Virus record (IMG/VR): IMGVR_UViG_3300037067_022448 | Span: 32,001-96,000 of that record | Source: a virus | Lineage: Duplodnaviria; Caudoviricetes | Strand: one strand, 5' to 3' | DNA: 64,000 bases | Shown here: positions 56,400 to 64,000 of the stretch, piece by piece | Position numbering within the stretch: position 1 is the stretch's first letter | Layout: each line of letters opens with the position of its first letter | Made by a program: the position numbers and the translations under genes | Notes under the pieces: generated by a model | The model's database searches: none | What the model was told of the DNA's origin: nothing | The model's input: only the letters and a program-made list of their open reading frames with translations

Positions 56400-58640
56400 T
56401 TACATTATTCTTCCATCCCTAACAATAAATTTTGGATTATCAATATAATTTTGAACAACTGGTGCATCAAACAAAATTCTGCTTTCACTTTTTAGAGTCA
56501 TATCAAGCTTACTTATTAAGTTTAATCTTCCAGCAGTTACTAGCGTTACACCAGTATCATCTAAGATTAAAAAACTATCATCTTCATCTGGACCAGTTCC
56601 TGAGGGATTTGCTCTCATTAGCTTAATTACCATCTTGCCACTTTTATAACGTTTTGGATCGCCCGGCAAAGATGTTGTTCGTGAATCGCCCCTACCAACA
56701 AATCTAGTGTCAACTGTATCATTTGCGCCTTCTCCGACAAAATCAAATCCACCGATTTCTATAGCTACAGTTCCGTCCGCTTGAATAACTGCGCTTCTAC
56801 CCTTCCTATCGCGCCCCAAACGTGTTATAATGGCTCCTGCTGTGTCTAGGACCCATGAAACCCTATCGATAGTATTTGCTCCAATAGACATCTCCAAACT
56901 TCCATCAAGGTTTATTTGAGCGCTGCGGCCTCCCGCATTTGGTTGTCCTTCAACCAAGCCCGTTTTTGGGTTTCTCTGAGCATTTGATGATTCAGCTTTC
57001 GGAACACTTGCATCTACCTCATTTGTTATCGCGGGTGGGTCAGCTTCTATTGTAGAACTTTCATCGAATATATCTGATGCAGTAATATTGATAGTGTTTT
57101 TAAGAAGAGACATGGCAGTTTGTGTAATATCATGAAAAGCTGTGCCAGCTTCTATATATTTTGGTAAAGAATATTGAGAATCAGTTTTATCTTTCCAGCT
57201 TGTTTTATTTCCTTGTAACCTGTTTTCTATTTTATTAACCGATGAATCTGAAAGTTTGATTCCACCTGGTCCAAACTGATCATGAAAAATATCTTGATTT
57301 TTTGAATTTCTATATAAACCATCTGGATCAGAGCGTTGTCCTTTATGAACCGCCCCTTTATCATCTACGCTTAGTGTGCTTGAGGTTTCTTGTCTAGTTA
57401 ATAAAGGGATATTACCTGTTTCAGATGTAGCAGGAATATTTACAGTAGTAAGACCTTCTTTATCAACCCTTAATGCCCAACGACTACGATCTCTAGCATT
57501 ATTTGCTGAAATCATAGGATTTGGAAACCCCTCAAGAAAAATGGGTTTCTTTGTTGTTGCTTTTCCTTCGCGATATCCGTAGCCTTTTTTGGTATTTATT
57601 TCCATATGAAAAGCAACCGTATGTCGATTTATTTCAAAAATTTCTTTAAGCAAATCATTTGCCTTTGTGCCTTGCGGCGTAGGCAACATTATTTTATTTA
57701 TTGTTAGAAGATTTCCAAAAATATCAACTAACGTGCCGCTTACTTTTTCAATAAGTTCGTTCGGATTTGTTTGAGATAAACTAAGAACATTACTTCGTCT
57801 TGCACCCCTATCTGTTGGATTATTTAAAGAAACTTCAGCATCTTCAAGTCTTTTTAATTCTGTTAAAAAATCTTTAACATACCAGTCTTTTCCAAATTCA
57901 TACAAGAGTTGTCTATCTTCAACAAATGCTGGATTTTTAAAGTGTTTGTCGTTAGTGGCGGCATTTCCTTTTGTGGTTGGTGTTCTTGAAACATAAGCAA
58001 CTCTTTTAGTTACGTCCCATCCTACCTCTTCAAGTGTTTTTTCGGCATCTAGACTAATAAGATAATCTGCGTAATCACTTTCGCCCTCTTCTACACGCAT
58101 ATCTCTACGAACTAAACCAGTTGCCTTAACACCTGCATGCGAAACGGAATAAGCTAGTGGAGATGGAGTTTCAATAGAACATCTTACCGATTCATCGGTG
58201 TCACCACCATAAATGATACCTTCACCAAAAGCTGTGCTAATTAGTATATCTCCATCGCAATTATAACGAAGTTGCCCACCAGTAGCCCCCTGAATAACTA
58301 CATCACCTGCATTTAGATATGGAAACCCAATATCATCGAAACTTGCTTCTGAAACAGATAAAAGGTCATCATAAGCACCAGGAATAGCAACAAGAGATAC
58401 TGGTATATATCTTTCGTTTGAAAGCATAGCTAGAGCAATTATGTTTCCCTTTCTTATACCTGAATATATACCCTCTCCTTTTTGACCCGGAAATGGGTGG
58501 GGAATAGCTACTATTGGGCCATCTTCTCCAGCTTGGTCCATCCATTTTGTATATACAACACCACTACTATAATCAACTTTATCAACTGTTGCTAGTCGTA
58601 GTACGTTGGAAACCAATCTACTCATTTGTCCATCCTCCAA
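56400..58640 (-). CDS. putative baseplate central spike (gp5/gpV-like); likely start 58625
   Basis: N-terminal OB-fold-like LRLATVDKVDY..G.V; C-terminal short beta repeats; located between hub and gp25. Confidence 0.55.
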   Translation of the reverse strand: MEDGQMSRLVSNVLRLATVDKVDYSSGVVYTKWMDQAGEDGPIVAIPHPFPGQKGEGIYSGIRKGNIIALAMLSNERYIPVSLVAIPGAYDDLLSVSEASFDDIGFPYLNAGDVVIQGATGGQLRYNCDGDILISTAFGEGIIYGGDTDESVRCSIETPSPLAYSVSHAGVKATGLVRRDMRVEEGESDYADYLISLDAEKTLEEVGWDVTKRVAYVSRTPTTKGNAATNDKHFKNPAFVEDRQLLYEFGKDWYVKDFLTELKRLEDAEVSLNNPTDRGARRSNVLSLSQTNPNELIEKVSGTLVDIFGNLLTINKIMLPTPQGTKANDLLKEIFEINRHTVAFHMEINTKKGYGYREGKATTKKPIFLEGFPNPMISANNARDRSRWALRVDKEGLTTVNIPATSETGNIPLLTRQETSSTLSVDDKGAVHKGQRSDPDGLYRNSKNQDIFHDQFGPGGIKLSDSSVNKIENRLQGNKTSWKDKTDSQYSLPKYIEAGTAFHDITQTAMSLLKNTINITASDIFDESSTIEADPPAITNEVDASVPKAESSNAQRNPKTGLVEGQPNAGGRSAQINLDGSLEMSIGANTIDRVSWVLDTAGAIITRLGRDRKGRSAVIQADGTVAIEIGGFDFVGEGANDTVDTRFVGRGDSRTTSLPGDPKRYKSGKMVIKLMRANPSGTGPDEDDSFLILDDTGVTLVTAGRLNLISKLDMTLKSESRILFDAPVVQNYIDNPKFIVRDGRIM

Positions 58641-61600
58641 TAGGTGGTTGTCTTAATCTTATTTCCACTACTCCAAAAAATGGCGGGTCTAGTACAAAAG
58701 TTTCTTGAGAAGCTATTATTCCTTGAGATAACAATATCTTATCATCATCAGTTGGATAATCTTGGCTCACTGTCTGAATTTTTATCAAACCTGGATCTAT
58801 TCTATACTTACCAACATCTGTACTGCCACCAAATTTAGAAACAGTATTAGATAGCCCACCACCAACCCCATTAACTCCTTGGCCACCCATTGCAGCGCCG
58901 GGCTTTACAGGGTTACTTAACCATTTTTGTACAGATTTACACCTTGATTGTTGTACTGAACTCTCTCCAAAAAATGTCATACAATATAATCTTGGGCTAG
59001 TTAAAGGTTTTGTTTTATCAATCTCAGTTTGTGCAATAGTTAAAGCATTAACTAATTGCTCATAATTTCTTTTAGAATGTTTTCCTACAAATATATCATT
59101 ACTATCTGGAGGACTAAAAACCACTGTTCCAATAAGAGCATCAAGTTGTGGAGTTTCTCTTCTAATTCTATATGAGCCTTGTGAATTTCCTTTTGTAACC
59201 TGCATTTTACCAATAAGATCTAATGGTGTAGGTATATATTGTCCAGGAGGATGTCCATATTTAAGCTCAAGAGTTGTTTTAAAATCGCCATTATATCCAA
59301 AAGTGTGTGATATTTTTGTAACATAATATAACATTTGTCTGTGAGCAACATAAACAACGTCACCAAGTTGATAAAACTCATTTCCTACAACTGTAGCTGT
59401 TCCAGTTACAATATTTTTACGTTGTCTTGATAACAGCATTACAGCATATGGAGCACATTGATAATCAGCACTCGAAAAAAAGGGCTTATCAATGGTTTTA
59501 TCAGATCTAAATCCATATTGTCTCCACAAATCAAAATCAACCCCAAATGCCGTAAATACTGGCATTCCTGCCATACCACCAGATTCACCAACTATAGCTT
59601 GGCTGCCCTGAATAGTACAAATTGTCATTTCTGGAGGAGCCTCAGTAAAGGAGCACTCATAAATACTTTCATCTTTTATTATAAATCTATCTCCCGACAT
59701 GTGTCCTAAATAATCTTTTCTATCATCTTCAATAAGTTTTTCAGATATTCCAGATGGAAGTTCATCCACATTTGTGGTTGTTTTACTTACAGAAGATTCT
59801 CCACCCTCACTTAATGTTGTAATTTCTATACTTTGTTCTAGCATTTTTCCTAGAGATCGAATTAATTTTGATCTTTGGCTTATAAGTGATTCAATATTAG
59901 AAACAATTCTAGCAACATCACTTGCCGGAGTTGATATTCCATTTTTAGTAGCACCAACTTTTGCTTTATCATACTCTAAATAAGTCCTTAATGGATTTCC
60001 AGTTAATGTAGAAAGGTTTTTAATAGCATTATCATATGCACTTTTATTTCCAATATTCTCAGTGTTCGTGGTACGATTTATAATTTCATTTTGTAAATTT
60101 ATTTGAGAAATTGCATCGAATAGACCGCTCCCGGAAACCATCAATTGCGTTGATGAATTTAATGTTTTTATTAAATCCCCTAATTGTTTTTTTTCCTGTG
60201 GATTTAATGGTAAATTGGCGTCTATTATTGCTGCTAAAGAACTACCATTATTAGTTAGAAATTCAAAATAAGCCCCAGTTTTACCAATTATAGTTGATGA
60301 AATATCTTGTGTTGAATTTTTACCTAACAAGGCAAAATTCATTCTTATTTCCCACTCAATCATTTCTATTTGTGAAAATAAAGCCTGTTCTCTAGTTTGA
60401 AATAAACTTGTTAAAAAGTCTGGGAAAAGTTTAATTCCACCTGTGCGATTAAGTAACAACATTTGTTCTAACAGTGTGCGAGGTGTTCTGTTGTACTGTG
60501 GTGGTCTAAAAACTATATGGCCCTGAGATGAACAAAAAAATTCGAAATCCAAAGTTTCTGCAACTTGTTTACAAAGTTGACGTACTGGTTGCCAAGAACT
60601 TTTCCACATATCTGGCGCACGCTCCCGTAATTTCAAGACAAAAGCCTGAATATCATAATCTTTATCATATTCATCAGAAACAATAAAATAATTCTTATCC
60701 TTATTTCGTATTACATCTTCTCTGCGGCGTAGGACAGCAAAAGCCAACTTATCTCCAAACAACTTATATTCTTCATTGTTTGTAATACTTTCTAAATCAA
60801 ATGATATATCATTTCCGGCAACCACAATTAAATTTTTGCCAAGTTCCTGTTGACCTTTTGACAATTCTGATAAATCAGTTGCCATGTTGTTTATCTTTTC
60901 AGTTAAACTGTTTAATTTTACACCTAAACCGTCTTTAAGAGAGGGGTCGTTTAAATTTTTTGAAATATTTAATATTTGATCTTTAAGTTTTGCCTCTTGA
61001 TTCCTTAACTGAGAAAGCTCATAAGATTTATCAAAAATTTTGCGCTGATAATAAATGGAGCGAGCTAAATCTAACGGATCTATAGTTATAGACTTAAAAG
61101 GTACAAAACCACCATTTGCTTTAGTGTTAGATTTCTGCATGCTCAATATACTATGAAAATAATCTTTACCACTATTTAAAGTTGTATCTGGATTATATGC
61201 TCCAGTATTTAATGCGCTTTGAATAAATGTTGCAGCATTATATGGCATACCTGTTATTAATGTGCTTAGCACATTAGCCGCATCCATATTATCAAAGGGA
61301 GTATTTGATGCAAAGAATCCGACATCACGTCGTAACTGACTCAAAGTTGATAAACTTCCATCAAGTGGATTTGTTGTTGAAGAATTATATGTAGCTGTCA
61401 TTATGCCCTCTTTCCACTTATATACTAAACCAGGAGCGTGTTGATATAAATTGATAATATTATTACCAATAACCAAAACATCTTGTTTCATGTCTTTAGT
61501 GTCTTCAAGTTTTTTCCCGATATTTGGCCCGGTATTAAAATAATAGCATCCTTGTTTTAACATTTGTTGGTTTGCAGCACTTAATTTAACATTTCCTATT

Positions 61601-63297
61601 GGCAAACCAGTAGCTTTATCAGTCTTAATATCAAAAGGAGTCATTGGATCATACATAACCCCTTGGGTCTGATCCAAAGAAGGTTGGGCATTATATCTAG
61701 ATATATCAAGCCATCCCATGTTTGATGTACCAGAAACAGATATATTATAACTTCCACTATCAGCATTAAATTGATCTACCACTTGATTTACAAAACCGCC
61801 AAAAACATGAACGCCGCTTTCTGTAGATAAACTCAAAGTCCTTAATTTTTTAAATGTTTCGAAATCTGGAAACTCTCCAGCACGACGCCACTCATTTAGA
61901 AGCAAGTCATCATCTATAGCTGTAGTTCTTAAACCAAGTGCGTTTGCTGCAAAATTTACTGCTCCCTTAAAAGAAAGTATATCTGTATTTTCTATGTCCT
62001 CACATTCTCCACCACGTCTAGTTCCCCCATCAATGAAAATATTTATAGTATCCATTGGCTGAATTAAAGACTTTCCTAAATAAAAAAGGCGCAGTTTGTT
62101 TCTCGCATATGTCATTTGGGCACGAATTTCTTCAATCTGTTTGTCCAAATCTATTCCCATTAGAAGTCGTTTGCTTATTGATTCTTGATAGATTTTAAGA
62201 TTAGATATGGTTGAAAGAAATAATCTTTGTTCAGTACTATCAAGCGCCTGCTCTTCGGGAATATCATCTAAATTATTTGAGTTTATTTGTAAACCTATTA
62301 CATCAATAATAGCATTTACACCAGAACCAAAATTTAATCCAACATTTATGGTTATTTCGCTTTTGCCGCGTTCCCTTCGATGTTTTGCTAGCATTGAATC
62401 CATAGATTGGGCAGTATTTAAAGCCTGGCCAGCAATTGTATCTAACTGGTTACTTATTCCGGAAAGAGCTGTTTCACGAATAGCTGTTTCAATATCTTCT
62501 TCTGTAATAAAAAGTATTCTATATGGATCTTCAATATTCATACTAAAACTTCCATCTCCTTCTAGACCAAGACTGGTATTAAGAGTAGCAACTGCAGTTA
62601 ATTCAAAAACTCCACTACCAGTTCCTAATTCTTCGAGAAAAGGCATATCCGAATCAACAAAATATGTTGTAGTTTTTACTGGTTGTCTATCAAAAACAAC
62701 ATTCTGAAATTCTATCATTGAGCTAAAAGTAGTATCATCACCAGATTCTTCTTGGCCAGAAGATATCAAAGAGGTTAAAATCACGCTCGTTGCTGCTCCA
62801 GCATCAACCAACTTTTCAATTTTAGTAAGACGTTCATAGTCGGACATTATTTTACATTTTCTAGCAACTAATCTTTTTGTTGCTCGAATTAGCCACTTTT
62901 CTGCTGGGTCCATATATGCGGGATTGTATAAATCTTGTAAAGAAGAAAAGGCTCTTTTCTTTATTAAAATACTTGCTTGTGGCGTTTGAGTATATACTTT
63001 TCTAGTATTTGCGGTTTCAATATTTGGTCCTTTGCCGCCTTCTATACCACTACCAATAGCAACCTGACGCCCACTTTCTACAAAATTGGGATCAAAAACT
63101 TCCGAAGAGCGACCTAGTAGTTTATTAAAAACGCTATTCATTTTATCTTGAACAGCCAATATATCTGAAGTTGCCTTACCAGTTCCTCCCGAATTTGGAA
63201 AACCAGGTATACCTAGTGTTTCTCCAAAACTACCTAAAGCGTTGCCGACAACATTTTCGGAATATACGTTTGTTTGGGAAGAAAGAATTATTGCCAT
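58618..63297 (-). CDS. putative baseplate hub protein (gp27/gpD-like) with large insertions
   Basis: FEFFCSSQGHIVFRPPQYN; GTATVVGNEFYQLGDVVYV...YYVTKISHTF...FKTTLELKYG. Confidence 0.68.
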   Translation of the reverse strand: MAIILSSQTNVYSENVVGNALGSFGETLGIPGFPNSGGTGKATSDILAVQDKMNSVFNKLLGRSSEVFDPNFVESGRQVAIGSGIEGGKGPNIETANTRKVYTQTPQASILIKKRAFSSLQDLYNPAYMDPAEKWLIRATKRLVARKCKIMSDYERLTKIEKLVDAGAATSVILTSLISSGQEESGDDTTFSSMIEFQNVVFDRQPVKTTTYFVDSDMPFLEELGTGSGVFELTAVATLNTSLGLEGDGSFSMNIEDPYRILFITEEDIETAIRETALSGISNQLDTIAGQALNTAQSMDSMLAKHRRERGKSEITINVGLNFGSGVNAIIDVIGLQINSNNLDDIPEEQALDSTEQRLFLSTISNLKIYQESISKRLLMGIDLDKQIEEIRAQMTYARNKLRLFYLGKSLIQPMDTINIFIDGGTRRGGECEDIENTDILSFKGAVNFAANALGLRTTAIDDDLLLNEWRRAGEFPDFETFKKLRTLSLSTESGVHVFGGFVNQVVDQFNADSGSYNISVSGTSNMGWLDISRYNAQPSLDQTQGVMYDPMTPFDIKTDKATGLPIGNVKLSAANQQMLKQGCYYFNTGPNIGKKLEDTKDMKQDVLVIGNNIINLYQHAPGLVYKWKEGIMTATYNSSTTNPLDGSLSTLSQLRRDVGFFASNTPFDNMDAANVLSTLITGMPYNAATFIQSALNTGAYNPDTTLNSGKDYFHSILSMQKSNTKANGGFVPFKSITIDPLDLARSIYYQRKIFDKSYELSQLRNQEAKLKDQILNISKNLNDPSLKDGLGVKLNSLTEKINNMATDLSELSKGQQELGKNLIVVAGNDISFDLESITNNEEYKLFGDKLAFAVLRRREDVIRNKDKNYFIVSDEYDKDYDIQAFVLKLRERAPDMWKSSWQPVRQLCKQVAETLDFEFFCSSQGHIVFRPPQYNRTPRTLLEQMLLLNRTGGIKLFPDFLTSLFQTREQALFSQIEMIEWEIRMNFALLGKNSTQDISSTIIGKTGAYFEFLTNNGSSLAAIIDANLPLNPQEKKQLGDLIKTLNSSTQLMVSGSGLFDAISQINLQNEIINRTTNTENIGNKSAYDNAIKNLSTLTGNPLRTYLEYDKAKVGATKNGISTPASDVARIVSNIESLISQRSKLIRSLGKMLEQSIEITTLSEGGESSVSKTTTNVDELPSGISEKLIEDDRKDYLGHMSGDRFIIKDESIYECSFTEAPPEMTICTIQGSQAIVGESGGMAGMPVFTAFGVDFDLWRQYGFRSDKTIDKPFFSSADYQCAPYAVMLLSRQRKNIVTGTATVVGNEFYQLGDVVYVAHRQMLYYVTKISHTFGYNGDFKTTLELKYGHPPGQYIPTPLDLIGKMQVTKGNSQGSYRIRRETPQLDALIGTVVFSPPDSNDIFVGKHSKRNYEQLVNALTIAQTEIDKTKPLTSPRLYCMTFFGESSVQQSRCKSVQKWLSNPVKPGAAMGGQGVNGVGGGLSNTVSKFGGSTDVGKYRIDPGLIKIQTVSQDYPTDDDKILLSQGIIASQETFVLDPPFFGVVEIRLRQPPIGGWTNE

Positions 63298-63998
63298 TAT
63301 TTTTCCCCTCTGTATGAAAGCGGAACAGAAGATGAATCTGCTCGATTATAACCTATCGGTCTTCCAGTTGTAGGATCTAAAGTTGCTGGACTTCTTGAAT
63401 ACGAAGTAATATTGCTACGAACACCACGACGATCCACAACGGTAAATTCTAATTGATAATCAAAAATGCCTGGTCCAAGAGAAGTTGATTCATTTATAAT
63501 AAAACTCGTAAAAAATCCCTTAAAAACCCAGCCCTGATAATACATTTCAACCGCAACAGCCAATGAACCTAAAGTTGGCAAAAGAGGCGGATTGGCAGCG
63601 CCGCCTACCAAAGTGTTTACTAAGTTTCCAGCAACAGTTCCTATACCACCCTTTGCGGCTTGATTTACTATGCCGGATAAAGAAGCTCCAGAGGTATATT
63701 CTTGAAGTCTATCAGCGAGTGTTGCAGCTACTTGCTGAAAAGCATCTTGTTCAGCACGATAGACCTGTCTAAGTATATTTATTCCTTCAATACTAGAAGC
63801 TCCAGTTGTTCCACTTAAACTCACAGTGGGCAACTCTTCGCCCCAATACTGTATAATATATCCACCTTTAGTTCTTTGTGTTTTAATTACTTTCTTCTCT
63901 GTAATTCTTAATGATTGAGGATTGATATACATATCAACCTTACCTAATCCAGGAACTCGCCACATTATTGTTTGCCTATTTCGCTTAGCAATTGGCAT
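63297..63998 (-). CDS. putative tail tube initiator / tube-like baseplate protein
   Basis: MYINPQSL.I.EKK....RTKGG..IQYWGEEL..VSLSGTTG; YQGWVFKGFFTSF; upstream of hub. Confidence 0.55.
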   Translation of the reverse strand: MPIAKRNRQTIMWRVPGLGKVDMYINPQSLRITEKKVIKTQRTKGGYIIQYWGEELPTVSLSGTTGASSIEGINILRQVYRAEQDAFQQVAATLADRLQEYTSGASLSGIVNQAAKGGIGTVAGNLVNTLVGGAANPPLLPTLGSLAVAVEMYYQGWVFKGFFTSFIINESTSLGPGIFDYQLEFTVVDRRGVRSNITSYSRSPATLDPTTGRPIGYNRADSSSVPLSYRGEK

Positions 63999-64000
63999 TT

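Noticed and set aside
37513-63998. Bacterial extracellular contractile injection system rather than phage
   Set aside because: Linked to DnaB/DnaC, RNR, sigma factor, tubulin, inteins and homing endonucleases in one co-oriented block with no housekeeping genes. Capsid and terminase are outside the window, so phage identity is strongly inferred rather than proven.
1-64000. Plus-strand and nested short ORFs in the ORF track
   Set aside because: Nearly all lie antisense to or within long, motif-bearing minus-strand genes and show no recognisable motifs; treated as shadow ORFs.
1-64000. Stop-codon reassignment (seen in some large phages)
   Set aside because: Long intact ORFs under the standard code; TAA, TAG and TGA all terminate genes at tight junctions.
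1-64000. Eukaryotic giant virus (gmd/fcl, GTs, HNH types and inteins are reminiscent)
   Set aside because: Shine-Dalgarno sites, overlapping operonic genes, sigma-70 factor and contractile baseplate genes indicate a prokaryotic virus.
1-64000. CRISPR arrays, tRNA or rRNA genes
   Set aside because: No spaced repeats or cloverleaf-like sequences seen; intergenic gaps are few and short. A tRNAscan/Infernal run would be needed to exclude small RNAs.

Overview
AT-rich, gene-dense window with essentially all credible genes on the minus strand, GGAG(G) Shine-Dalgarno sites and the standard code. Gene content indicates a large (jumbo-type) contractile-tailed bacteriophage. In transcription order (right to left): (1) a baseplate module (tube-initiator-like, hub, spike, gp25-like, baseplate J, a 2301-aa wedge/LamG protein, a dockerin-bearing protein); (2) a ~14 kb glycan-biosynthesis island (Gmd, Fcl, several GT2/GT4/CgeB-like glycosyltransferases, two methyltransferases, a degenerate RfbB-like protein); (3) a tubulin/PhuZ-like gene; (4) replication genes (SF2 helicase, DnaC-like loader, DnaB); (5) a complete PrkA-YeaH-SpoVR trio, SLOG protein, sigma factor, class II ribonucleotide reductase and PIN-PhoH. 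Six inteins interrupt four genes and three free-standing endonuclease genes are present. The most unexpected signal is the tripeptide DGY (plus DSYGN), recurring 22 times with varied codons in four baseplate-module proteins directly upstream of the glycosylation island. It is a candidate sequon for a phage-encoded virion modification system (inference). A 968-bp near-perfect in-frame direct repeat lies inside one glycosyltransferase gene. All functional calls are by motif recognition only; no searches were run.
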